A stretch of 64,000 bases of DNA from positions 1,736,001 through 1,800,000 of the forward strand of contig NW_024704753.1 in NCBI RefSeq assembly GCF_018977255.1. Reading direction: 5' to 3'. The translations under genes were made by a program, and so were the position numbers. The notes under the pieces are model-generated. The model did not search any database. It was not told the origin of the DNA and worked only from the letters and a program-made list of their open reading frames with translations. Below are positions 49,901-64,000 of this stretch, piece by piece (position 1 is the stretch's first letter; each line of letters begins with the position of its first letter). Origin of the DNA: Callorhinchus milii. Its lineage: Eukaryota.

Positions 49901-50923
49901 CTGCTTGTTCGCTTTGAGTACAGTCCTTAGTGTTGCTATTTGTTCTCTCTTGGTACTCAGCAGGGACTTGAGTTTCAGAATCTCTTCCATAAACACTTCT
50001 TTGTCCTTGTCCGCCACTGGCCCCAGTTCATGGGTTGCAACTCGCTGCCTGGACAGTTCTGTTGATCGATCCACTGCTTTCTGCAAGTGGCTGATCTGGT
50101 CACGGATGATGGCAACCAGGTTGTAAATGTTCATGGGCTCCTTGCGTGGATCGCTGGAGACTGGCGACGCCAAGGGTGAAACTGGGGAGGCTGAATGATC
50201 ACCGTGACCATTCTCAATTTTTCCCATCTCTGCTGGGAAAATTCCCTTAGTCAGCAGAACTGGCGACCTTCTCCCTCTCGCCTCTGGGCTACTGCGAACA
50301 CCTTTGCCTTCCTTGTAATAGTCCAGGATCACCCTGTTGGGCGTCTCATTGTTGCACATACACACATGGTTGTACAGGTTAGCGAGTTCCTCACTGAAAG
50401 TGACCAGCTCATCTTGAGCCACAGTTAGGCTCCCTTGTGTTCCTTCGGCCACTTCGCTTACTTTCTTCAGCTCCTTTTCCAGGCAGACAACCTGATCTCG
50501 ATCTTGCTTGTTGGCTTTCTCCAATATCCCTAGTTTTTCTGTCAAGATTTGCGACTCGTTTTCGTGCTTGGCCTTCTCTGCCTCATATTTGTCCTCGGAT
50601 TCGGAATACTTGGTCTTCAGGTTTTTCAGTTCTTCCTTAAGGTCAGTGACTTCAGCGACTGCTACTTTGTACTTGCACTCCAGGATCTCAGGGCCATTGA
50701 TGTCCACCTCATAGTAATCCCCTTCTTCGTGACTGTCTCGCTCTTTTTCATTGTCGAGTGCGGTCTGACGTTCTTTGCTAGCCTGGAGTTTCTTCATGGC
50801 GGTGACATGTTCCGTGAGTCTACCAACCTTTTCATGCTGTTCTGACAAAGCTCCCCGTGTATGTTCCAGCTGCTTTTGAGATTCCTGGAGATTGGTGAGC
50901 AGTGAATTCTTATCTCTTTCCAT
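49901..50923 (-). CDS. BICD2: BICD2 exon 5 (MERDKNSLL...[16 protein letters not shown]...[18 protein letters not shown]...[16 protein letters not shown])
   Basis: ORF 49853..50923. tcag|ATG acceptor, CAG|gt donor, 1023 nt. Conserved BicD motifs. Confidence 0.97.
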
Positions 50924-51309
50924 CTGAAATGCATCGTTTGAAAAGAACAGATCTTAAAACTTCTGGTGCTTTGCAGAAAACTAAACTTCAATAAATACAG
51001 AGCATTTTGAAGCAGTATTAGAGTATTAAGGCTGCAGAAACTCGACAATAAATCTAAGGAACAATGTGAATAAAAAATGTCAACCTTTAAAAAAAAAGAA
51101 CTGCTTTGGCCAATTATGCCAACTAAAAATGGAATACATTATAAATATTTCAATCAATATCAAAAATAGCTTCCATTTTTCTTACACCAATAGTTAAGGT
51201 AAAGTTAAGCAATCAAGTTTGCTCGTCTTAACTTCTGAATGATGCATTGTGCCGAGAGCACTAACAGATTGTTGGAGAGCAACTGATTTAACATTGTTTG
51301 TCACCGTAC

Positions 51310-51759
51310 CTGCATAAGCTGCTGTTTCAGCTTCTGTATTTCAGAAATGTTCAGTTCACTAAGCAGATCGGACACCAAGCTTGGTGCTGGCTTGAACGTA
51401 TCATTTTTCTTGGGTGTGGACATCTTGTTGTCACCGTTCATTTTGCTGAAGCTATTGTGATCATAACCATTGACCATTTCGTCATTGTTTGGTTCATTGC
51501 AGTCGTCACTGAACTTCAACCCGTCCAGCGAGATGTTCAGTTGGCTGTTGTACATGGAGTCGCTGATGTTCATGTAGTGGGACAGCTCCTTGCGCAGGCT
51601 GTTCTTCTGCTCACGCTCAGTCTTCAGGGTCTCCAAGGATTCCTCGAGCTGTCGTTCTGCTATCTCTTTCAGCCTGATGGCATCTTCCAATTGGCTGTTG
51701 AGGAACTCCGTTTCCTCCTCGAGTCGCTTAATTTCATGCTTGAGCCCTTCAAATTCAAC
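51310..51759 (-). CDS. BICD2: BICD2 exon 4 ([16 protein letters not shown]...[24 protein letters not shown])
   Basis: Overlaps ORF 51301..51690. gtag|GTT acceptor, CAG|gt donor, 450 nt in frame. Confidence 0.96.
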
Positions 51760-53805
51760 CTACAACAAACCAAAGTTACAAATCAATTCCATAATATTGG
51801 AACTGCATTTTCTGTGCATGACAAGCGAGGTATTTTAACCTATTAGATAAAGTTAATGGCAGAAAGCAAGCTCCGGAAAAGCCCCACTAGCATCACAGCA
51901 GCATTTTCCTATGCAATAAGGAACAACTTCAGACTTAAAAATAGGTAGTGGAAATAGCTGAAAATCTCTAACAAACTATTACAAATTGTGCACACCGTGA
52001 AACGAATGTGATGCTTTCAACTTCAGTCAGTGTTTTGTAGTTATTTCTTTACCTATTAAGGTTGTGTTATTTGGTTTAAGGGAGCAGTTTAAGGACTCCA
52101 ATGACACTGCTTTACAGGTTGACAAAAAGCACGACTCGTTCACCCTTTGCTGTCTCCCCCTCTATTTGACCTGGCATTATTCTTCAACAAGCTCAAAGTC
52201 TAGGTCTCTGTACTCAGAATTGAGGGAGGCTGTAAACATTGAACAGACTGAAAGTTATTATACTGTGCCATTTCTATCCCTGTTTGAATTGTAGCAAATA
52301 CAAGGATTATTATTATAGTCCTTTCATTTCATGTGGAGGTTAGATTTACAACTCAGACATACAATTTAATGTACATCTGCTGTGCAGGCAGAATGGTTAA
52401 CAAATAATAAAATACTGCTCTTTTAACCTGCACATTTACGGAATTATTTTGAAGTCGATGTTACAGTCTAGTACAAAGAGATTCTGTACACATAGCCAAG
52501 AATTAAGAATATTTTTGTACAAGATGAGAGACAGGATTTTCTGAAATTTAGATCAATTTGGTGGTCATTTCTGTGCCACCTTCAATCAGTGTCACTATAT
52601 TGCAGAGGAGAAACCATAGTTAACAGCCAGTCTGATGTACGGACACACCTGCATGTTTTCCTGACCTGCAATTTGTTGTTGTTGATCTATTAACTTGCAG
52701 TATTTTAACGAGCATTTCCTCTTGAGAGAAGGATAGCTATTTTTATAACAGTATTTGTATATGAGGTTTTAATTTACTTTGTTTAGACTGTAAATTAAAT
52801 TGTGTAGAACAAAAAATCTGGCAACTCTTCAAAAGGTAATTGTCTACACATTTCAAATCCATCCTCAGCAAAACTGATTTCCACTCAGTGAAAAACAACT
52901 TAAAATGACCCTCGATTTAATACTTTAGCAGGGGAAACCTGAACCTCAATAATCCAGATTCAAGTTGCAGTTTATTCGTAATATTTACTTCCAGCTGAAA
53001 GGATCAAGTGATTGACTAATGGTTTCAAAAGGGAAAAGGCAAAGAAAATAATCACAAGTCAGGGCGGCCTCAGGCCTTTGATCTCTGTGGGGAACATACA
53101 TCCTGTTCAAAAACACCAACACCACCAAGGTTTGTAATTGGTATTTTGCGACGCCTGTGATTGCGGAGAACATTTAAAACTGGCATTAAAAATGAAGGTA
53201 GAGCAAAGCTGGAAACCTTTCTCTCTTCAATTATTTTTTATTGATATTCTGGTAAATATCAGCTTCGTTGCAACTTCTAACAATACCTAGTTGACACTGA
53301 ACATTTCCAATGGTCGTATGGCTTCAAATTGACTCCCAGGGCCAAACAAACCGCCCACTCCAATTAAACTTAATGGAGTCGCTATGGATGTGAACAGCTA
53401 CTCATGTAAACTGAGATGGGTCTCAGAACTGTATCAAAAGCAAAGATATTTTTTGAAAAGGGGAAGTAATGATTTGGAATCATTTTCCTTTTTGAAGGAA
53501 AAGCACCTTCTGCACTTGTATGCCCCTTCGAAAACTTGTCTGCCTCCACTTTTCCATTACGCTACCTACAGTGTTAAATATGGGAAGGATGACTTACTAT
53601 TGATGCCTGTTCGGACTTTGTAGAAGAAAAACAAATTAAAAGAACTACATTAAAAAAATGTGATATTCCATTCCCCCTGTGTACGCATATATATATATAC
53701 ATGTACGCCAATTCCCAATGCCATTCACTCCCGTTTATGCATCACTTTATGCTGAGAGTAGGTAAAATTCTGAATGCATAATACAGGGATAACCTTATTC
53801 CTCAC

Positions 53806-53958
53806 CTGGCTTTGTTTAAGGACTGATACTTGTTTCTGGAGGCAGATGTTTTCCTCTTCGAGTTCAGTGTAATCTTGCAGAAGCCGTGTCTCACGGAATT
53901 TGTATTCTTTAATATCATCACGAAGACGATTTCTCTGCAGCTCCACAACCTGATTGTT
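53806..53958 (-). CDS. BICD2: BICD2 exon 3 ([51 protein letters not shown])
   Basis: Inside ORF 53725..53967. ccag|AAC acceptor, CAG|gtgag donor, 153 nt. Hallmark BicD motif LLQDYxELEEENI. Confidence 0.96.
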
Positions 53959-55194
53959 CTGGAACAAAAAAATAAAAACACATTAGTTCGGATGCAATTT
54001 CTTATTTGTTGACAACAGTAGCTGTAGGTGTGCATGTGTGTCCGTTTTTATTATGGTCATCATGCACAAGGCGTTTACAATAATGAGAATTCACAAACTA
54101 GACAATTCCCTCCAACAGAAGAAATATGCGGAATTACTGCAGCCACAAATAAAAGCTAAAACTGAAAGGTAAATTACCCAATTTATTTCACCATAGACGT
54201 ATTGCGGGCAGCCACTTAATTTCCAGTCCAAAAAATACCCAGTCAATTTGTGCATCCATTTTACTTTTAACAATGCTGTACACAAGGAACCAACTACAAC
54301 TGCGGTTCATCAGATTAGAATAAATATATCTGCTTAGGTGAGCAGCGAGAACAGTAATTTGGGAGCAGACTGGTACAATAGTCTACAGTAAGAGCACACC
54401 TCCCTGGTGGCTGTATTATTGTATTGTGTTACCGCAGCGAAACAAAAGGGAACAATGAAACAGCAGAGCCGAAACCTTATCTGACAAACTTCCTCCTACA
54501 TCAGAAGCCGCAGTCAATGAGCGCTTACAATTTTCTAACAGAGCTGCAGTTGCATGCTATTAGCAAGGTGACAGAACACGAGACAAATGTCTTTTCCTGT
54601 AGGGTCTGCCTGGCTAGTGATTTATTTCCCCTCAATTGCATTAAAATGGCCGTGTGCCGTCAAGGATTTGCAGCGGTAGTATGTGACTGCAGCTGCGAGC
54701 AGCCCGAGTGATCAGAGGCTTAATTTGATTCTACGTCAGACATGTGCAATTTTTTTTCCCAGTATCACTAAAATCATTGACCATTTCTACTCTCGACAGC
54801 AGCTGCCTTCAAACAGATAAAGATATTCTGTATTTTACTTTACAAAATCAAGCAAATTTTCCGGAGAAGAAAGATCACGAGGGGGCTCGGTTTTCCCGTT
54901 AAAGGTTAAACGAATGATTAAACGGATCACGTGGAACAACACACAGCCCGTTATAACAACAGCCGAGCTGCATCCACCTGGCTATTTTGTAAGAATAATC
55001 CGCTAGTGTGTAAAACGTGAGGGTTTTACAGAGAGATGCAGGATACGCAGCTCAACGATGCTTAAGCAGAGTTGTCCAAAAATGAAGAATGCTTCGGCAA
55101 GCCTGAACAAGTGAGCACCAAAACATTTCAACCGTGGTTTTCATTGTCGACTCTGTCTAACAAGCCTTGCCGTGGAGTCTGCCAGGAGACGTCA

Positions 55195-55550
55195 ACAGCA
55201 AATTGTAATTATATAGCGCCTTTCATGTCGGGAGGACGGGAGATGGGAAACTGGGTTTGGTCGTGATGCCTACATATTGCACAGCGTCTGGCACTGGAAT
55301 GAACAATGCCAAATTAATGGAGGATTAGAATCCCCGTAACTGGGCCTGAACATGAACTAAACCCTCCTGAAGAGGTAAGTGGGTGGGGTGGCGAAGGGAG
55401 GGTGGAAAAAAAAACGATTGTAAAGAAAGGTTTGGAGGTGATGCAGCTCAGTGGAGAGCTGAGCATCGAGAAGCGAGTCCCAGTTCGTATTCAGCTGAGT
55501 TGCCAAATGTGACTGCAAGATTTCAGCAGGCGGAGACGAGGTGTGTCCCA
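55195..55550 (-). mobile_element. Decayed L2 LINE 3' end
   Basis: Tail tatatagcgcctttcatgtcgggaggacg plus peptide remnant WDSL...LQTFLYNRFF. Confidence 0.6.
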
Positions 55551-58500
55551 TATTAATGGAAAGCCAATATCAGCAGTACCACTGGAGACTTACCCATTAC
55601 AAATAATCACACACGTCAGAAAATACAAGCTTCAAATAAATTAGGTACAATGGGATTTTCTTGCCCTTATTTTAGAGAGGGAATGATGTACAACGGTGAG
55701 CTTAGTGGTATTATCTTCATTTCAAACGGCATTTTATTTTTGCTAACGTATTGATATTCCGCTTAGGATTGAAAAGCAAGACTGAATAAATATATCATTA
55801 AATTTTCCAACTGGCAGTAATACCACAACCCTGAAAAATTCCAAAATTCAAATAATTCCACACTAATTCTGTGCAGCAGGTTTACTAAGCAATGTGAGAG
55901 ATTACAAAACGTGGTCCTTTTGGTAATCAATTTATTCAGACAGACAGGGCAAGATTCACAACGTTTTTATGCAGAGGAAATACTTCATTTAAGACTGCAT
56001 TGCTGCAATTTTCCATATGGGATCAACGAGGCTGCTTCTAAACAAGATCCCGTACTCGGATGTTTTCATGTGAACATTTAGTTCAGGATTACATACATGT
56101 TGAAACGTATTCATTTAAGAAGCTGCATCTCAAAGTACAGTACATTGAAACATAAAATTTGAAATACATGGTCACTGCAAGTTTTTTTTGTGTGTGGGGG
56201 GAGAAGAAAGAAGATTATTGCTTTTTCAAAATTATTCCAAGCAATTCTCTCTGCGTGCAAACAGATGTAGTTGCAAAACATCAATCAGTGAAATCTGATT
56301 TTCTACAATCAACTTATAATTGAGCAAACAAAAGCGATACCAGTTAAGATAATGCAATTAACCAATGAAGTATCTTCAAACATTAACACAAGCTACTTCG
56401 TAACTAGTACCAAAGAAAACTGATTCAGCCAAAGTATTGGTTTGATTCATAAATCCAGCCTTTGCATTACAATGTGATGCCTCAGATTTTCATTTAAAGC
56501 AGCCTGACATTTAGCAATCAACATGAAAGGTAATGTCTGTGCTTTAATCTCCTTTGAAGTAGGTGTGCCAACTGTTCCACAATTTCTCAGCATTCTGAAT
56601 TAATGTTCCAGCACTTAGACAAGGTGTGGTGTCCAGTCGATCACACGCAAACACAGTTACTAAATATTTAGACTAATTACATCCACTCTTTCAAGTAACT
56701 TCTTTTGATAGATAATCAGCAAAGTCAGCATTTATGGTGACTGTAATGGTAAATTGTGATTAAAGCATGCGTCAACACGCAAGGACTCTTTCTCCCAGGC
56801 TACGTTGCACCAGATTCATTTTGGTTTGATCGGTTTTATTAAAGCATTTAGGTTTTATTGCTCTGAACGCCAGAGGAAAACATTCTGAATGAGAACACTA
56901 ATGGTTCCTTTTCACACTGGGAATGTGGAATAAACTGCACGATTTATGAAGCTAATAAATGTTGAAAGAAGAACTAGCTGCCGAAGTGTGCCCTGTAATT
57001 ATTTGATTTGCAACACTGTGCCTTCCCTGAAAATTGTATGCCCCGTGCAACATTTTGCCAATAAAGCCCATCAACTGGCAAATATGAACAAAAATTGGTT
57101 ATTTTCCTTTTTTTTTAAACAGAAAAGGGATATTTTCCTCACTACTCTTGAAAAGTGAAAATGGAAGAAACCAAGTCAGCACATTTTTTTCTTGTAGAAA
57201 ATGTCAACAATGGATGTTTGTATTGCAACCACATAAACCACAGTCAAACCCTTTTGACTGCTATCAAATTTCTAAATCGAATTAAAAATCATACTGAATA
57301 AATTCCACCTGTTTGGTAGGCAATCCGAAATGCAGCATTCACATCGCTTACTCTTCAAACACTGAATTAAATCCGTAGTGGTTTAAAAATACGTCTAACC
57401 TCATCTTACTTGCTAATGAAACACTTCGAAATATAGCTAGCTACCTGGGAATATAGTTCTCGTTATACGGTTGATTGCTCTTTGCTCTTCCTAACAGTAG
57501 ACTGTAATTATTTAATAGCACATTTGCTAACTTTACTGCTCCCCCACCGAAGAAAGACTGAGGAATCCTACACCCTGTGTAACCTCTACCAAGAAAGATA
57601 AGACATTCGATCGCCGCCCAAATCTAAAGCAATAGCTTTTCTCCACATCTGATGTACAGAGACAACACTTTAATTCTGTGTAGAAAAAAAAGCTGGTGGC
57701 AAGGGAGGAGGCAAGCAGGCCGCAGTTATTTTTGCTCTCCTGCTGGAGAAAGTGTTCCCGGCACCACCTAAATAGTTACGCCCGATTTTATTTCATCAGT
57801 TGCTTATGGCAGTGCTCCGTCCGGTGTGAATATGTAGCATTGAACCTGGAATCAATTTGATTGCATGTACACTGCATGTTTTTCTACATCTCCATACAAC
57901 AGGAGTGGGGGGGGGGGGGGGGAGAAACACAGCTTGCCATCAGAAAAGTGTTCTTTTAAGCTTGCGGCCTTCAAAACTATTTTCTCGTTCCTAAATCTCA
58001 GACTTTTACAGACAGATGGTGGCCATTTGCTGTCACAGCTGCAACATATCAAACTTGATACCAAGGCTTTGAACACATTTTCACATACAGAGTAATTGAA
58101 TCGGGGCTCCAGAATGAGCTGAGATCTCTAGAACAAGGCCTTAATACCAAAGTCTTGAAGTGTAACTGAGTTGTGAAGATTAATGATTGAATTGTATGCA
58201 AAATGCTGTCAATCTATTAATAGTGAGCTTGCCAGTAACTGACTTAAGTCGCTGATCAATTGGTGGAATCAATTGTAATTTTATATTAAAAAGAATTGAG
58301 AGTTTAAGCATGAAAGCGATTTGGAATCCAGCTAATTAAATGTGGAGAATAGTTTAAAATGAGTCTAACCAAAAACAATTAAAAAATTATCAAGATTTAC
58401 ACATGTTCAGAGAGCACAATGAACATGTACAAAACATTGTGTGTGTCTGCCCTTCCTGAGGTGTTGATCAAAAGCTTTCTGAACAGATTAAGGTAATTCA

Positions 58501-58964
58501 TGGCTGCATTGAATTTCTGGCCAAAAAAACTAACACATTTTTCAAGGTCAGGCCAAATCCTCACACAATCACTTGTTCACTCCATATAAAAGGCACTGCA
58601 CAATACACATTCTTCTTGAAATGACTTGTTCATTACATATAAAAAGATACTGGACAATACATATTCTTCTTGAAACTGCTCACATGACGCGCCCTTCAAT
58701 ATAAAGTGAAAATGACACTTTTTTTTCCTGCTTGCAACAGAAAATATGACAAATTTGGCAAACCATGAAAAACAGCCAGGCTCCACCCATTTCAAAATCC
58801 TCCAAGAATGTTTCTAATCTGGTGATTTCATTGCCAGGTTTTCTTTCTAATTAAAAGAACGAATGTGCAATTGTTTTAGTGATAAAAATGACCGACTTCA
58901 GTAATTGGATTCATTTTTCTACTGTGATTTTCTTTTGAACACAGATACTTGCCACATCTGAAAC

Positions 58965-59185
58965 AACTTCAAGATGGTCTTAGTGAATCATATATCCCAA
59001 TGGATATCGGTCTCCTTCCCCCAACCCCCCCGACGGTTCCATAACATTAGAAACATATCAAGACCTACCCCAGATTTGAGCCCACACAGCACTCTATTTA
59101 ATCATGGGGGCATTAGAACAGCGATTGATCCATTCTCATCTTGTATCCACACATGGTATATTCCAGCAAGGGTCATTGGGTGATT
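58965..59185 (+). mobile_element. Decayed L2 ORF2 fragment
   Basis: ORF 58974..59183 (NHISQ..FHNIRNISRPTPDLS) resembles the L2 motif HI..I...AFFHLRNIAR.RP.LS. Confidence 0.45.
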
Positions 59186-59699
59186 TATTTTTGTTCCCCA
59201 GCTTGGCCTTCCTTAATCTGCGTGGCTCAGTGCCACACATGCAATTCATTTACCCATCAGGGAGTTAGTTATCCACATGAATTTTTAATCTCTTGAGAAG
59301 CAGCAACGCCTGTTAATGAATCCACCTCTGAATAGGTCTAATCACAGTCTGTTGGACACTCACCAAAAGAAGGAAAAAATAACTTGAATAATTAAAATGA
59401 AACATGTGCTATATCATTTGAGGCTGTGAGAAAATAATGCTGGGGAACAACGATCAACTTATATAGCTGGTCACCTTATCAGGATTTTAATATTTCATCA
59501 GATTCCACTCACAAAGTGAAAAAGCTAACGGTGTTATACCAGGGACCGGAATGGCTTGGGGCATCCTCCGAGCAGGAAAGGCCCACAGCAAGCTAAAGCA
59601 CAACACGCTGCCAAGCTAATTGGCTCTTGCATATGGCAGTGATATCCTGCGAATAATTCCCTCAAAAAATATTAATTCTGGTTGAATGTTTTAAAACTT

Positions 59700-60040
59700 T
59701 ACAATGCACTTTAACTTACAAAATACATTCAGTACACTTTACAGTAAAATCCTGTGAAGTGCACCGAGACATATTCTCAACAGCTATCAGTCACCGATTT
59801 TATTTGGTGGATTGTTGGCCAGGACACTTCATTTTGAACAGTGACATGGGATTCAATGTCCAATCGAACAGGCAGACGGGATCTCGGTTTAACGACTCAC
59901 CCGAAGGACAGAACCTCCGACATACAACGCCCCCCACACAGCACTGCATTGGAGCATCAGTTTAGATTGTGTTCTTTCAAGTCCCGACGCGGGGCTTCAA
60001 CCCACAACCTTCTGAGAGTGCTACATCTAGGTCAGGCTAA
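59700..60040 (-). mobile_element. Old DeuSINE-like copy
   Basis: gaacaggcagacgggatctcggtttaacgactcacccgaaggacag..ctccgaca..ttcaacccacaaccttctga aligns to 24970-25345. Confidence 0.75.
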
Positions 60041-61497
60041 CACAATGAATATCAAAAAGAACATGGCAAATTATGTGAATCATTACCATTTTCATATATG
60101 AATTGTTCAAAATCTGACAAAAAAAACATTCCTGGTTACCCAACTTGATTAATAGGAATTATTTCAAGAAAATCTCAGTACTTAAATCGTATTCACTCAT
60201 AAGATAAACAATAATAATAATCCTTGCGTTTGATATTATAATAGTGAACCATTAGTTCAGGACTATATCCCTTGGTCCCTTCGTTCCATAGCTATAGATT
60301 TCTGCTGAGAAATCTAACCTTGCATCAGTTACCATGGTTCTCAAATTGAAATGGGATTTTCAAGAAACACAGCATTTCTTCCAGTAAAATCTATAGTCAA
60401 TAAATGGTTTGTGCCCCGAGACATTCCCATCAATTATCTGCCAGACTGTTCAAAACATCCAAATGAAGAACATGAAATAGGATAACCTCCCCACCCTTAG
60501 GGAGCTTCAGTAAAACAGGGAGGTGTGCCCATGGCCGACAGCTCAAAGCTAACAAGGATCCCACGAAAAGGCCAACTTTTCACTGAAATAAAAGGTTGCA
60601 AGCTTATCAACCTACCGCAATAAACGAGCAACAAAACTATTCCGTTCATATAAACAAGCCGAAGGTAAGAAAATGACACAGTCAACCAGCAATATGTCCG
60701 TATAGAAACTGATCCATTTACATTGGAGTAGATGGAAATTGTAAAAAGATAAGACAGCCTAGTCATCCACAGCTGAAACTGAAATTCATGACCTCGTTTC
60801 TTGCCAGTACCTTCCCCAATGGCCAGGAAAGTCTCTATTCGGGGTTTTCTGCAAACAATTAACTGATAAAGGAAGCAAAATTCGAGTCAAATGGCAAAAT
60901 GCCATCTTCTGAAGAAACAACCTGTCCAGACATATCCCTGCAGCATTTCTAACACGCTTTTTGCATTATTGCTTGTTGGGCTGAACAGAAAGCAAGCTGC
61001 AGCTGTGCTCATTTGTCCAGACATCTTTTCAAAGGTCTAACCAGAAATACTTCATCAACCTGGATTCACCAGCAATTCTTTAAATGCACGGGGATAGGTC
61101 AAATGGAAGGGGCAAAGCTTCGGAGAGCAGAGCTTCTAAACGAAAACCCACAGATTGCACAGATGTAGTTACCCAACCATGTAAACAAAGAACTGACAAG
61201 TATTGCCTGGAGTAAAATGAAACACTCAGCTTTTATTAGTCTAAAAAGCTGAGATGCATAAAATGATAATTTTCAGAATATTCAGCAAATATGCCAGAGT
61301 TTGGGCTGACAGAACCAGATTCTGTGTAACTTCTAAGACAAAACATAACTGCAAACGGAGCATCACCTCCTCGATGGTTCATTTCTCATGTTACTTCACT
61401 ATACAGATTGGGGAGGGGGGAAAGTTAGAAATTATAACAACCAAAGTTAGGTAGACAGCAGGTTCAGGCAAACATTACACAAGCTATAATAATTTTC

Positions 61498-61715
61498 ATA
61501 TTAATCCTTGCACTTGAATGTAGCACATATCACATTGGGAGGATATCTCAAAGAGCTTCACAGGATTTACTATAAAGTGTTTTGACTGTGTATTTTGCAG
61601 GTGTACGTGGCAGTCAATTTGCACGTGGCAATACAGCCGAACAGTGAAATGACCAATTTTATCTGGAGGATCGTTGGTCAGGACACGCGGAGAAATTCCC
61701 TTCACTAGAAGAGAT
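61498..61715 (-). mobile_element. Old AT-shifted SINE 3' half
   Basis: taatccttgcacttgaatgtagc..tctcaaagagcttcacagg..tgaccaatttt. Confidence 0.75.
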
Positions 61716-63191
61716 AGTGAGTTGGAGAATGATTAATGAGATAATATGGGGTACGGTGTGTAAATACTCCAGTACAGATGCAAACAAGAAACTTGAACCC
61801 ACTAATTTATTGGGTCTTGGTTATCATTTTCTTCTATTAAAATCGACAAATGTTACAGACATTTGGTCTACTTTTGGTTTTGAGGTCTCTGCCTTAAATA
61901 AAGACTGTTTCTCCCATGGAGCGATTTAATGCTATCTCAAAAAGGCCCGACTGTATTGACCATTTTATAGTGTTAAAGAACCATTGTTAATGAGTCGCCA
62001 GCCTTGCGCAAATGATTGAGAGGCCGCAATGTTGAACGGATTGATGTCCAGACTGAAAAAAATGGAAGAATCAAAGGTCTTGAACAGATGGGAGAGAAAG
62101 AGGAGCTGGTAAAAGACACTAAACTAATGTACTTTAATGCATGTAAAGCAACACTCGAAATGTCTTCTGGAAAAGCTTTATCTTTTTTTTAAATGCCAAA
62201 GAGCATAGAGGAAACCAGTAATGGCATCAGATTGGCATTATCGTTCAGATTATATTTTAGTGAAATCTATCAGTCAGCTTTCGTGAACTTTGCCTCCATG
62301 CTTTATAACATTATAAATTGCTGGTTGAATTACCTTGTTAATCAATACATAAAGGGCACATACATACATACACACAGACAATCATCCCCCAGCTCCACAA
62401 TACTTTGTGAATACAGTAATTAAACCCAAATTCATATTTTTTTAAAAAAATGGATGATTCACCATCCACCTAGTAACAATCAAAACACACTAAACTAAAC
62501 ACCACTTTGGCGTGTTTTAAGCGTTTGGAAGGAGATGCGTCACTAATGTAGCTTTCTAACCCTAATCCAATCCCAATGAAGAGAGAGGCCAGGAAGCTGA
62601 TTACTAACTTGCCTCTCAGTGGGAGGCTGGCACTTAGTGCAGCGAGACCAAAAGGGGATACAATTATTCCTGTATTATGGTCCGATTAAATTTGCTGCTC
62701 TTTTGTGCTCAAGTGTTTCTGAAATTGGTGGGCCACATAGTGTTAAAATCAGGCGATTTGTTAAGAGCAGATTTAGAACACAACAATATTGTTTTTATTT
62801 AGTCGGGTAGAGCAATTGTCATAACTTTGACTGTTTGCGATGCTTCATTATTATTTGCCTCCAACGTTATACAGCTTTCTCAAGCAACGGAAACCATCTG
62901 TATTGGATTCTATTACGCATGCAAAAAGAATGTTCTGTTAAATCAGTGGGTGTGTTCCTGTGCTGCTTTTGGACGATTATGGCTACCCTCACTTTTTCCA
63001 CAGCAAATTCACATACGTCTTTCTCTTTGGGAAACCCAATTCTGACTTTTAATTAACATCAAAAAAAGGAAATAATCAATTGACTTGAAAGCAAACCTCA
63101 TAGGAAAGTTGCACGCAAACTTACAATATTCATTCAAATAAATAATGCAAAAGAAATGTTTTTAATTAATAGAACTAAGAGTTTATTTTAC

Positions 63192-63404
63192 CTCCTTCAG
63201 CTCCTGTGTGATAGAAGAGAGACGTTCATTCTCGGAATGAGCATTCGTGAGCACATTCTTCATCTGTTTCACCTCCGTTTGCAACTCTAGGATCTTCCCC
63301 ATGTAATACGCTTCCTTCGAAGCCGACTCCTGAATCAGTGACTCTTCACGGCTCTCTCCATCGGCTGCTACCTTCTTGTGGTTGCTGTAAGCCTGGCCGA
63401 AGGC
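63192..63404 (-). CDS. BICD2: BICD2 exon 2 ([34 protein letters not shown]...QELKE)
   Basis: Read manually; not in the ORF track. tttag|GCC acceptor, GAG|gt donor, 213 nt, phase 0/0. The peptide matches the Bicaudal-D N-terminal coiled coil, and the length agrees with my recollection of mammalian exon 2. Confidence 0.95.
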
Positions 63405-64000
63405 CTAAAACAATGACAAAATTCAAGGCAGTGAGTGTCGGGACTGAATGGTCAATGGTAAATCAGGTAATCTTACATACCGTACATTTCATATGGCTAA
63501 TCATTCCAATGGCTACTAACTGCATCATGAAAAATAATTCAAAATCGGTATTCCTCAAAACTACAGCCTACAATCAAAGTATACTTATCTACAACAACAA
63601 ATTTCATTTATCTAGCTCCTTTCATGCCTAACCTCTTTACCAGCAAAACATAAGTTTCCTTCATTTCACTAATATTGATGGTGGCAGTTTTATCGAGGCC
63701 GTCTCAAATTGCTTATCTATGCAATTCATGGACAGACACTGTAGGGAGCACAGTTTGAGCCTTTCATGTCAGGAGGACATCCCAGAGTAGGGCAAGGAAT
63801 CACGATTAAGATTATTGAAAGGACATACTTGCAAGTTAATGACCAGCTTGATGCATTCAGCTTCCTCGCACAAAATAACACAAGAATTCCTCTTAAAGCC
63901 AAACCATATGATTCACAAACATCTACTTGCAGCATTTTAGAAATTTTAAAAAAATTACCCTACCAGTAAGAAAATAAACTGTACTTAAATTATTGCGATT

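Noticed and set aside
51298-51846. 182-aa plus-strand ORF (also 42587..42922 and 50549..50845)
   Set aside because: Antisense shadows of BICD2 coiled-coil exons.

Overview
Vertebrate genomic DNA, most likely a cartilaginous fish: the SINE/LINE repertoire resembles that of sharks and chimaeras, possibly Callorhinchus (inference). The AT-richer right half (~37-64 kb) holds exons 2-7 of BICD2 on the minus strand; exon 1 lies beyond the window. Splice sites are GT-AG and the frame is continuous. The two-way 3' end known from mammalian BICD2 is visible: read-through of the exon-7 donor gives ...[12 protein letters not shown], and splicing to a candidate terminal exon at 39514 gives ...NPSR*. The GC/CpG-richer left half (1-34 kb) is dense in tRNA-derived SINEs, DeuSINE-like copies, L2/CR1 LINE ends, a ~180-bp MITE, micro/minisatellites and three N-gaps. 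It also contains a probable first coding exon (22026-22140, minus) of the next gene, possibly FGD3 by synteny, embedded in repeats. I see no convincing new multi-gene system. The best leads are a 102-bp inverted repeat whose four mismatches are all G.U pairs in a minus-strand RNA, a young SINE subfamily with swapped 3' hairpin loops, directional AT-to-GC drift of SINE copies across a compositional boundary, an RBFOX-motif cluster in the alternatively retained BICD2 last intron, and a promoter-like CpG island in BICD2 intron 6.
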